From positions 1-64,000 of the forward strand of contig JBDTZG010000014.1 of the NCBI GenBank assembly GCA_040005235.1: DNA of 64,000 nucleotides. The letters are read 5' to 3'. The notes beneath the pieces are model-generated. The model was not told the DNA's origin. It ran no database searches and saw only the letters and a program-made list of their open reading frames with translations. The DNA comes from Acidobacteriota bacterium. Its GTDB lineage: Bacteria > Acidobacteriota > Thermoanaerobaculia > Multivoradales > UBA5704. This document shows, piece by piece, positions 35,101 to 47,100 of the stretch (its first letter is position 1; the number at the start of each line of letters is the position of its first letter). A program made the translations under genes and the position numbers.

Positions 35101-38100
35101 AGGTGGATCGCCGCGCGCTGCCGAAGCCGCAGTGGGGCTCCGTCAACGTCGGTGCCGCCGCGCCCCGCTCGGTCGTCGAGCAGATGTTGGCGGACATCTG
35201 GTGTGAAGCTCTGGGCGTGGACCGGGTTGGGCGAGAGGATCGCTTCTTCGATCTGGGTGGGCATTCCCTGCTGGCCACCCGAGTGGTTTCACGAGTGCGT
35301 AGCGTCCTCGGCATCGACATCCCTGTGCGGGCGATCTTCGAGGCGAGGGATCTCTCTGCGCTCGCGGCGCGCATTGAAGCGACGGTGGCTCTGGCCGGCG
35401 GCGACTCACCGGAGCCTCCGGTCCCACCCTTGGCCTCGCTGCCTCGTCCGGAAATGGTTCCATTGTCCTTTGCGCAGCAGCGGCTATGGCTCATCGACCA
35501 ACTCAGGCCCGGTGGCGCAACCTACAATGTGCCGTACGCTTTGCGGGCGGTCGGTCGCCTGGACATCGCCGCGTTGACTCGGGCTTTTTCCGAGATCGCG
35601 CGCCGGCACGAGGGGCTGCGCACCCGCTTCGCCGCCACCGAAAACGGCGAGCCCGCACAGTGGATCTCACCGCCCCTGCCCGTGCCGCTGCCGCTGGTGG
35701 ATCTGAGCTTCTTGAAAGATGCGGGAGCCTGCGCGGAAACGGTGGCAACGGCCGAGGCACGCCGCCCCTTCGATCTCGTTCGTGGGCCGCTCCTGCGTCT
35801 CTGTTTGTTGCGCTTGGCCAAGGAGGAGCATTTGTTGCTCCTCAATTTTCACCACATCGTGATGGATGGCTGGTCACTGGGCGTGCTGATCGGCGAGCTC
35901 GCTGCACTCTATGAAGCCTTCGTCCAAGGTCGTCCGTCGCCGCTGCCCGACCTGACGATCCAGTACGCCGATTTTTCCCTTTGGCAGCGCCAATGGCTGG
36001 CGGGTGGAGCCCTCGAACGGCAGCTTTTTTTCTGGCGCTCCCGTTTGGTAGGTTCGCGGACGCTCGATCTGCAGACGGATCGGCCGCGGACCGGAGCGAC
36101 CGGATTGCGCGGTGGAGCGCAGTCGGTCGCTCTGCCTTCCGACCTCGTGCAGGCCGTTCAAACCCAGGGCCGCTCGCTCGGAGCGACGCCGTTCGTCGTG
36201 TTGTTGACCGCCTTCGCGGCGCTCCTCTCGCGCCTTTCCGGGCACGAGGATCTGTGCGTCGCCGTTCCGGTGGCGGGACGCCGCCGGATCGAGACCGAGC
36301 CGCTCATCGGGTACTTCGTCAACACCCTGGTGCTCCGAATGGACTTCTCCGAGGGGCCGATGTTCCTCGATGCCATAGGCCGGATTCGAAGGGTGGTGCT
36401 CGAAGCGGACGCACATCAGGATCTGCCCTTCGAGCGTCTGGTCGAGGAGCTGCAGCCGGAAAGGAGTCTGGAGCAGCCGCCTTTGGCACAGGTGATGTTT
36501 GCTCTACAGCATTTGCCCCCGGCGCCTCCCTCCATGCCGGGTCTGAGGCTCGAGGGACGCGAGGTTGAGACGGGATCCGCCAAATTCGACCTTTCGCTTT
36601 CCTTGCTCACCTCGTCGACGACGATCGAGGGGCGCCTCGGCTACGACGCCGAGTTGTTCCTGCCGGCCACGACGATCCGCTTTCTACGTCAGTATCAGGT
36701 GCTTCTCGTCGCTGCGTTGAGACATCCTGAGCGCCAGGTGGCGGACTTGCCGTTATTGAGCGAGGGCGAGCGCTTACAACTGGTGGTGGACTGGAACGAG
36801 TCCGGCGAAGCACTCTTTGCACCGCCGGAGGCTTTGCCGCTTCAGATCGCAGCCCGTGCCGCATGGACTCCGGACGCGCCGGCGGTGGTGTTCGAGGGGC
36901 GGTCTTTGACCTTTGGGGAATTGAACCTTCGGGCCAACCAGCTCGCGCATTTTCTATTGCGGCGGGGTGCGGGATCGGAGAAGCCGGTCGCCCTTCTCTT
37001 GGAGCGTTCGGAACAAGTCGTGATCGGAATGCTTGGGATATTGAAATCCGGCGCTCCGTATATCCCTCTCGATCCTTCGCTTCCGCCTGAGCGTCTCGGC
37101 GCCATTCTGGTCGATAGCGGAGCACGAGCTCTGGTGAGCACGTCGAGGCTCTCGCACCGCCTGCCGTCCACCGGCCTCGAAGGTATTCAGCGCGTCCAGC
37201 TCGACTCGGACGCCTCCCCGATCGCCGCCGAGAGCACCGGCGAGCCCTCGGTGCGGATCCTTCGGGAGAGCCTTGCCTATGTGATCTTCACTTCCGGTTC
37301 GACCGGGAGGCCAAAGGGAGTGGCTGTGGAGCACCGGCAGCTCGCCGCGTACGTTCGAGGTGTCGAGTTGCGCTTCGGACTTGCGGAATGTGCGAGCTTT
37401 GCTTTGGTCTCGACGTTTGCGGCCGATCTCGGGCATACCGTCGTTTTCCCTGCGCTCGTCGCAGGCGCCTGCCTGTATGTCGTCTCCCAAGAGCGGTCGG
37501 GGGACGCCGACGCTTTCGGCGACTATTTCGAACAGCACTCGATCGACTGTCTCAAGATTGTTCCTTCCCATCTCGCCGCGCTCCTGGCCGGCTCCCGTCC
37601 TCAGCGGGCGCTCCCACGACGCAAGTTGATCCTGGGAGGCGAAGCCTCGACTTGGGCGGAGATCGACCGCATCCACCTTCTCGCTCCCGGCTGCCGGGTC
37701 TACAACCATTACGGCCCAACCGAAACGACCGTGGGTGCCGTGGCTTTTACCGCTTCGGCGGGTCCCCGGGAAGTGGAGCGCGGATTCCTGCGCGTGCCCC
37801 TGGGTCGCCCCTTGCCCGGATCCCGAGTCTTTGTTCTGGATCGGCAACATCAATTGGTGCCGGTTGGGGTCCCGGGAGAGCTTTGGATCGGCGGCGTCGG
37901 CGTGGCCCGCGGCTATGTGGGAAGACCTGATCTCACCGCCGAGCGATTTTTCCCTGACGTTTGGAGCGGTGCTTCGGGGGCGAGGATCTATCGCACCGGC
38001 GACTTGACCCGGCGTCTGCCCGGAGGCGATCTCGAATTCTTAGGTCGTGTCGATCTTCAGGTAAAGATCCGCGGCTTTCGCGTCGAGCCCCAAGAAGTCG

Positions 38101-41100
38101 CCGCTCACCTCGCACGTCACCCGGAGGTGCGCGAGGCCCTGGTGATCGCTCAGAGCGGTGATGCCGGGGCGCAACTGGTGGCCTATTTCGTGAGCATCGA
38201 GGAGTTGGATGCGGATACGTTGCGCGCGTATCTCGCGGCCAGCCTACCGGACTACATGCTCCCCACGGCATTCGTACGAATCGCCGCGATCCCCTTGACG
38301 CCCAATGGAAAGGTGGACCGGACGGCGCTTCCGCCACCCAACCCGGCGGCGCCCGAACCGCAGACCTCCGCGCCGCGAACTCCCACCGAGGAGCTGCTCG
38401 CCGTCCTCTGGGCTCAGGTGTTGAGTCGCGATCGGGTCGGGGTCTTCGAAGATTTCTTTCGCCTGGGCGGTCACTCTCTCCTGGCCACCCGGCTGGTGGC
38501 TCGCGCACGCCAAACCTTCGGGCTCGACTTACCGTTGCGCAGCCTTTTCGAGGCTCCTACCATCGCCGCACTGGCCACGAGGATCGACGAACTTCGGAGG
38601 GTTGGCGGGCCGGCTCCTCCGCCGCCGATCGTTCGTTGGAACGCCGGCGGCGAGGTGCCGCTGTCGTTCGCTCAGGAGCGCCTCTGGTTCCTCGATCAAT
38701 TGGAGCCGGGAAGCCCCGCCTATTCTTTGCCGTATTTTGCCCGGATCCGCGGTTCGGTTTCCCCGGCGATTCTCGCGGGCGTCCTCCGCTTCTTGACTCG
38801 ACGCCATGAGAGCTTGCGCACCCGCTTTCCCGCGATCGCCGGGCGGCCGTTTCAGCAGATCGTGCCGGAGTCGTCTCTCCCTCTGCCGCAAGTGGATCTT
38901 GCCGGACTGCCCTCGGTCGTCCGGGAAGAGAAACTTGAGCACCTGTTGAGGGCGGCGGCGATGCGCCCGTGGAACCTGGCAACCGGTCCGCTCGTTCGCG
39001 CCTCGCTGATACGGCTCGGCGACGGAGACCAGGTTTTCGCCCTGTCTTTGCACCACATTGTTTCGGACGCTTGGTCGCGCGGTGTGCTGACGCGAGAGAT
39101 GGCCACGCTCTACGTTGCGGTGTTGCAGGCCGAGCCACCGTCGCTCGCTTCCCTGCCGCTTCGGTACTCTGATTTCGCCCACTGGCAGCGCAAGTGGCTG
39201 GATGGCGAAAATCTAGATTCCGAGGTCGCTTGGTGGTGCGCCCGACTCGACGGTATTCCGCCGCTTCAACTGCCGTTGGATCGGCCCCGGCACAAGGTGC
39301 GGAGCGGGCAGGGCTGTGTGCAGTCGGCGCCTCTGCCCCGCGGGTTTGAAGGGCGGGTGGAGGAGTTGGCAAAACGGCTGGGAGCCACGCCGTTCATGGT
39401 TCTTCTCTCGATCTACGCCACACAGCTCCATCGCTACACGGGAAGCGACCGGATCGTAGTGGGCGCTCCCATCGCGAACCGAAACCGGACCGAGATCGAG
39501 GGGCTGATCGGTTGCTTCGTCAACACTCTGGCGCTGCCTGTCCGTTTCGGAGTTGCTCTTTCTTTCGAGGGGCTCGTGGCGCAAATGCGGGAGACCTCTC
39601 TCGGCGCTTACGACCATCAGGATCTGCCGTTCGAGAAGCTCGTGGAGGCGATGATCGGAGAGCGAGACCTTCATCGGCCGCCTCTCGCATCGGTGGCCTT
39701 TCTGTATCAAACCGAGCCGATCGCGAGCCTCGATTTTGCCGGCCTCGTTTGGCAACCTCTCGACCTGCACAATGGTTCGGCGAAGTTTGACCTCGCCCTT
39801 GCCTTCACCGGCACGGAAGGCGAGCGCCGCGCGACCCTGGAGTACGACCGAGACCTCTTGGACGCGGCCACTGTCGTTCGAATGATTGGGCATTTCGGGC
39901 GCCTCGCCGACGCCGCGCTGGAGCGCCCGGAGTTGGCGCTCGTTGCGTTGCCGTTGCTGACCGCGGCGGAAGTCGCCGAGCTGACAGCTTGGAACCGCAC
40001 AGGCCGCACGTATCCGTCGGGCCTCTGCCTCCACCAGCTTTTCGAGGCCCAAGCCGGGCGAACGCCCGACGCCGAGGCGCTTATCTGGGGGCACGAGCGG
40101 ACGACCTATCGCGAGCTCGACCGGCGGGCCGATCAGGTGGCCTGGGAGCTTCGACGTTTGGGGGTAGGCCCAGAAGCGCGAGTAGGGGTCCTGCTCGAGC
40201 GGACCTCGAAGTTGGTGGTCGGACTTCTCGGCATCTTGAAGGCGGGAGCTGCCTACGTCCCGCTCGATCCGGCATACCCGACCGAACGTCTGGCGTGGAC
40301 GGCGAACGACGCAGGAATCGTCGCGGCGCTTGTCGATCTCGGTGCCCAGGACGCCGGTTCACCGGCTCGCTCCGAGCGGTTGGCGGCGATTTTCTCACCC
40401 TCCATGCCTCTGCTCGGTCTGCCGCCGGCGTCGGCGGCGAGGAACGGATTTCACTCGGAGGCCAGTACGGCCGGTCCCGGAAATTTGGCCTACTTGATCT
40501 ATACCTCAGGCTCTACCGGGCGCCCGAAAGCCGTGGCGATCGAGCACCGTAGCGCCGTGGTGCTGATGCGTTGGGCACGGGAAGTCTTCACCGCGGAGGA
40601 ATTGTCGGGGGTTTTGGGGGCCACTTCCATCTCGTTCGATCTATCGGTCTTCGAGCTTTTCGCCCCGCTTTCCTGGGGCGGCAAAGTGGTGCTGGCGGAC
40701 AGCGCCCTGTCTCTCCCTCACCTTCCGGCCGCCGCCGAGGTCAAGTTGGTCAACACGGTGCCTTCCGCGATGACCGAATTGCTTCGCCTGGCGGCAGTGC
40801 CCTCCGGAGCTCGGACGGTAAACCTCGCCGGAGAGTCGCTGCCTCGGTCGCTGGCTGACCGCCTCTACGGAACCGGACACGTCGTGAGGGTGCTCAACCT
40901 GTACGGCCCTTCCGAGGACACCACCTATTCCACCTGGTCGTTGGTCGCGGCGGACGACGTGCGGGCGCCGAACGTCGGGCGTCCCGTCCCTGAGACGCAG
41001 GCCTGGGTGTTGGACGCCCACCTCGGACTCCTCCCGAAGGGGGTGCCCGGCGAGCTCTACCTTGGCGGTGGTGGACTCGCCCGGGGTTACTTGGGACGGC

Positions 41101-44100
41101 CGGAGCTGACGGCCGAGCGTTTCGGGCCGGATCCCTTCGCCGCAGTGCCGGGAGCACGCCTTTACCGGACCGGTGATTTCTGCCGGCTGCGCGCCGACGG
41201 GGAGTTGGAATACCTCGGCCGCCTCGATCACCAGGTCAAGGTACGCGGTTTCCGCATCGAGCCCGGGGAGGTCGAAGCGGCGCTCCTCGCCTGCCACGGT
41301 GTACGCGAAGCGGTCGTCAGGGTCGGAGAGAACAGCACTCTGGTCGCCTGGGTCGCCGCCGATTCCCAGGACGCTCCGCTCGCCCCATCGCTGCGTCTAA
41401 TCCTGGGCGAGAAACTACCGCCCCATATGGTTCCCTCGGTCTTCGTCGAGCTCAAAGCGCTGCCGCGGACGCCCAATGGCAAGGTGGACCGGCAGGCCCT
41501 CCCGAATCCGGCGGAGGAGGGAGTGGCGAATGAGTCCGCGGGGCTCCACAGGTCGCCGATCGAAGAGGTTGTCGCGACGCTGTGGGCGGAGGTGCTCGGC
41601 GGTCGGTTGGCCGGGAGGGAGGAGAGCTTTTTCGAGATCGGCGGCCACTCGCTGCTGGCGGCACAGGTGGTGGCGCGAGTCCGCGTGACGTTCGGCGTGG
41701 AGCTCCCAGTACGAGCGCTTTTCGAAAGTCCGACGGTGGCTGGGCTGGCGACGGCGATTGAGCGAGGGCTAAGGGAAGAAAACGGCGTCGAAGTTCCGCC
41801 GATCGTGCGGGGAATGGCGGCGCCGGACCTACCGGCTCCCCTGTCCTTTGCCCAGGAACGTCTCTGGTTTCTCGATCAGCTGGCGCCGGGCGACCCGGCC
41901 TACAACATCACGCAGGCGATCCAAATGGTTGGCAAGCTTTATCCTTCTCTGCTGGAGCGGAGTCTGGCGGAGGTGGTTCGCCGGCACGAGACCCTGCGCA
42001 GCCGATTTTCCTTCCTGGACGGCGAGCCGGTCTCGGTCCTCGTTCCGGATTCGCGGTTCGCGCTTTCGGAGGTGGATCTTTCCCGGCTGCCGTCGACGAT
42101 CCGGCAGGAGGAGGCCGGCGCGTTGGCGCGTCGCGAGGCGCTGCGCGGATTCGACCTCGGCAGCGGACCGCTGGTCCGAGCCATCTTGCTGCGTCTCGAG
42201 GCCGAAGCCTTGCTGGCTCTCTTCGGTTTCCACCACATCGTCGGCGATGGCTGGTCCATGGGATTGATGGTCCGCGAGATCGGGGCGCTCTACGCCGCCT
42301 TTTGCCGCGGAAAAGGATCGCCGTTGACGGCTCTGCCGCTGAGCTATCGGGACTATGCGGCTTGGCAGCGGGAATGGCTGCGCGGGGAGGTGCTGGAGCG
42401 CGAGATCGCCGTTTGGCGAAGCCGCCTGAGCGGCGCTCCCGCGGTACTGGAGCTACCTGCGGATCGCCTTCGTGGCATTGCGGCCGGCTCCCGAGGAGCG
42501 GCGCTCCCGTTCGTATTGGACGCCAAGGTCGGCGCGAGCCTTGCCGGCCTCGGGCGACGGGAAGGAGCGACGCTGTTCATGGCGCTCCTGGCCGGCTTTC
42601 AGACGCTGCTTGCCCGCTACACCGGGGAGACCCGGATTCCGGTAGGCGTACCGGTGGCCGGTCGCCATCAAGTCGAGACCGAAGAGCTGATCGGGCTCTT
42701 CGTCAATACCCTCGTCCACTGCGGCAACCTCGACGAAGCCCCCACGTTCAGCGAGCTCCTCCAACGGGTCCGGAACGAAGCCCTGGAGGCGTGGGCGCAC
42801 CAGCACCTGCCGTTCGAAAAACTTGTCAGCGCGCTCCAGCCCGAGAGGAACCTGGGCAGTACGCCGTTGTTCCAGGTTCTGTTCGCGCTGCAGAACGCCC
42901 CTCTCCCCGAATTGGCGCTTCCCGGCCTGAGCGTGGAGCTCGTCGAAATACCTCGCGAATCCACCAAGTTCGATTTGAGTTTGGTGCTTGCCGAACGGCG
43001 CGGTGAGATCGTGGGTTGGGTGGAATACAGCACCGACCTCTTCGACCGCGTGCGAATCGAACGATTGGCCGGGCATCTGCGCACGCTGTATCAGGCGGTT
43101 GGTTTGGATGCGGGCAGGTCGGTGTCCGATCTTCCCTTGCTCGCTCCGGCGGAACGATCGCAGCTCGTCGACGAGTGGAACAACACCGGCGCGCCGGCCG
43201 GAGCGGACGGTCTACTGCATGCCCTGTTTGAAGATCAGGTTGCGCGGACACCGGAGGCCGTAGCTCTTGTATCCGGGCAGGAACGGCTCACCTATTCCGA
43301 CCTCGACGGACGAGCCGATCGTCTAGCGTCCTGGCTGCGGCGCCACGCCGTCGGCCCCGAGACCCGAGTTGCTGTTCTCCTCGAGCGAACGGTGGAGATG
43401 GTCGCAGCTCTCCTGGCGATCTTGAAAGCCGGCGGCGCTTACGTGCCTCTCGATCCGAGCTATCCGGATGAGCGGTTGGCAATGATGGCGGAGGATTCCG
43501 GGTTTACTGCGGTGGTCACCCAAAGCTCTCTGGTGACGCGGCTCCCGAGGTCGGTCGCCGATCTTCCCGTCGCCCGAATCGATGCCGACCGTGAGGAGAT
43601 CGACCGTGAATCGGGGCGGAATCGCATCTCCACCGTCGTGCCGCGGAATCTGGCTTACGTGATCTTCACCTCCGGCTCTACCGGCCGTCCGAAGGGGGTG
43701 GCCATCGAGCACCGCAGCGCGGTGGCGATGGTGCATTGGGCGCGCGGCGTTTTCTCCGCCGGTGAGCTCGAGGGTGTTCTGGCTTCGACCTCGATTTCTT
43801 TTGACCTTTCGGTGTTCGAAATCTTCGCCACCCTTTCCTGGGGAGGCAAGGTGGTCTTGGCGGGCAACGTCTTGGACCTGCCGCTTCTACCGGCCGCCGC
43901 CGAGGTTCGCCTGATCAATACCGTTCCTTCCGCCATTTCCGAGCTGCTTGCCGGCGGTGGCCTGCCGAAGTCGGTTCGCACGGTCAATCTCGCGGGAGAG
44001 GAGCTGCCTCTGCCTTTGGTCGACCGCCTTTTCGCCGCCGGCGTCGAGCGGGTCTATAACTTGTACGGGCCTTCCGAGGATACGACCTACTCCACCTTCG

Positions 44101-47100
44101 CCGGGATGACCCCGGGCTCCTCCCAAGCACCCGCAATCGGGCGACCGATCATCGGCACGCAGAGCTACCTGCTGGATTCCGGCCTGCAGCCGGCTCCGCT
44201 GGGGGTTCTGGGCGAATTGTTCCTCGGTGGAGCGGGGCTTGCCCGGGGATATCTCGGGCGGCCGGACCTTACGGCTGCCCGCTTCCTGCCGGATCCTTTC
44301 GGATCGACGGCCGGCGGTCGGCTCTACCGTACCGGAGACCTCTGTGCCTACCGTGCCAACGGCAAACTTGAGTTCCGGGGGCGTACCGATCATCAGACCA
44401 AAATTCGTGGTTTCCGGATCGAGCTCGGCGAGATCGAATCGGTACTGCTGGCCCAGAGGGGCGTTCACGATTCCGTAGTAGTGGCCCGCGAGCACCCGGC
44501 CGGCGGCAAGCAACTGGTGGCGTATGTCGTCCTGAACCCGGAGGATGAGACCAGAGGCACAGCCGCGATGGACCGGCTTCGCCATTCGATCGAACGTTTC
44601 CTGCCGGCTCACATGGTGCCTTCTGCCTTCGTCAGCCTGCCACAGTTGCCGCGCACCCCGAACGGAAAGGTGAATCGCTCGGCACTTCCCATGCCCGAGC
44701 GAGGCTCGGCCGCCCGCGCATTCACGAAGCCCGCTTCGGCGGCTGAAGAGAGCATGACGCGGCTGTGGGCTGACTTGCTCAAGATTTCGCCGGTGGGAAC
44801 CGAGGCCGACTTTTTCGATCTGGGAGGCCACTCGCTTCTCGCGGCGCGTCTGGTCCATAGGATTCGCGACGCCTTCGGCGTGGCCCTCCCCCTGCGGGCG
44901 GTGTTCGAAGCCCCGGTGCTCGCCGACCTCGTCGTGCAGGTCGAAGCGCTGCGCGGGCAAGGTGGGAAGGGGCCGGCCGTTCGCCTGCGGCAGCGAGATC
45001 GGGAGGGGACGGCCCCTCTCACTTTTGCCCAAGAGCGGCTTTGGTTCCTCGAACGATTCGATCAGGGGCGCTCCGCTTTGAACCTGCCGGTGGACCTGGA
45101 GATCCGCGGTTCGCTCCATTTCGTCGCCTTGAAGCGGAGCTTGTCGGAAGTGGTGCGTCGCCATGAAGTGCTGCGATCGGTGTTCCTGAATGTCGAGGGG
45201 AGCGGGTGTCAGAGAGTCATGGCTCCGGCGCCTCTGCTGTTGCCCCGGGTCGACCTGAAGGGATTGGCGCCGGACTTTCGCCAGGACGAGTGCTCCCGTC
45301 TGGTCTCCGGCGAGGCGCTACGGCCCTTCAATCTGGAAAAGGGTCCGCCGTTGCGCGCCCTGCTCGTTTCACTCGGCGGTCGGCTGCAAGTCTTGGGACT
45401 CACGCTTCACCATATCGTCGCCGACGGATGGTCCATCGGCACGCTGGTGCACGAGATGTCGGAGCTCTACCAGGCGTTTTCATCGGGCCGCGCCCTGCAG
45501 CTCCCCGAGTTGGCGGTGCAGTACGCGAGCTTTGCCGAGTGGCAGCGCTCCGAGGAATCCGCCGAGCTTTTTGGCCGACAGCTCGCTTATTGGCGAGAAC
45601 GCCTTGGCGGGGCACCCCCGAGCGTCGACCTTCCGACGGACCGTTTGCGGCCTTCGGTCCAGACCTATCGCGGCGCGCGTTGCACTCTGGTCTTGGAGCG
45701 CGAGCTCGCCGAGGGGCTCATTGCGGTCGGTCAGGCGCGCCATGCGACCTTGTTCATGACCCTGCTCGCGGCGTGGAAGGTACTCCTTTTTCGTTTCAGC
45801 GGTCAGACCGACCTGGTTGTCGGGACTCCTTTTGCCGGCCGCGTCAGCGTCGATCTGGAAGGGCTGATCGGCCTGTTCCTCAACTCGCTCGCTCTGCGCA
45901 CCGACCTGTCGGGCAACCCTTCATTCAGCGAGCTTTTGGATCGGGTGCGCGAGACGGCTCTGGGTGCTTACGCCAACGAGGACGTTCCCTTTGAGAAGGT
46001 CCTTGCGGAGCTGCGGCCGGAGCGCGATCTGAGCCGCACTCCGATCTTCCAAATCTTGTTCAACATGCTCAATTTTGAGGTGGCGGAGGTTCGCCTGCCC
46101 GATTTGGAGTTGCGCCTTCTCGCGACGCCGGAGCTGCCTTCGAAATTCGATCTTACGGTTTACGCCGCGGAGCGACCGGAAGGGATTCTGCTCACCCTGG
46201 TCTACAACGCGGACCTCTTCGACGGCCCCCGGATGACCGAGGCTCTGCGGCAGTTCCGGCTCCTCCTTTGCGGCATCGTCGCCGACCCGCAGATGCGGAT
46301 CGATCGGTTTTCGCTGGTTAGCCAGGACGCAGCGGCGATTCTGCCGGATCCCCGGGCCACTCTGGACGCCACCTGGTACGGTCCGGTACACCAGGTCTTC
46401 AGCCGCCGGGCCGCAGACGTTCCGGATGCCGCGGCGATCCTCGATCCGCAGGGCACGATGAGCTACGGCGAGCTCGATCGGCGCAGCAACCGTTTGGCAC
46501 GTTCCCTGGTCGAGGGCGGCCTCCGGACCGGCGACGCGGTGGCCGTCTACGCCCATCGTAGCTCGCCGATCGTGTGCGCGGTCCTGGCCATCATGAAGGC
46601 CGGTGGAGCGTTCGTAATTCTGGATCCGGCTTACCCGGCGCAGCGCATCATCGAGCTCATCGAAGTGGCCCAACCGCGCGCTTGGATGGAAATGACGGCC
46701 GCCGGCAACTTGGCGCCGGAGCTCGAGGAATATGTCTCCGCGAGATCCTGGTGTCCGAGGGTGCGGCTTCCCCCGGTGCGGGATACGACGCTCGCATGGG
46801 AGCAAGCATCGTCCGAGCCGCTACGGATCGAGGTGGGAAAAGACGACGTTGCCTATGTCGCCTTCACCTCGGGTTCTACCGGAATCCCCAAGGGTGTGCA
46901 GGGACGCCATGGTTCTTTGTCTCACTTCGTGCCTTGGCAGCAAAGCCACTTCGGCCTGGACGCTTCCGATCGGTTCTGCATGCTTTCGGGGATCGCTCAC
47001 GATCCTCTACAGCGGGACATTTTCACGCCGCTGCAAATCGGAGCTTCGATCGTCATTCCGGATCCCGGCGAAATGCTTGCTTCCGGCCGGCTTGCGGAGT

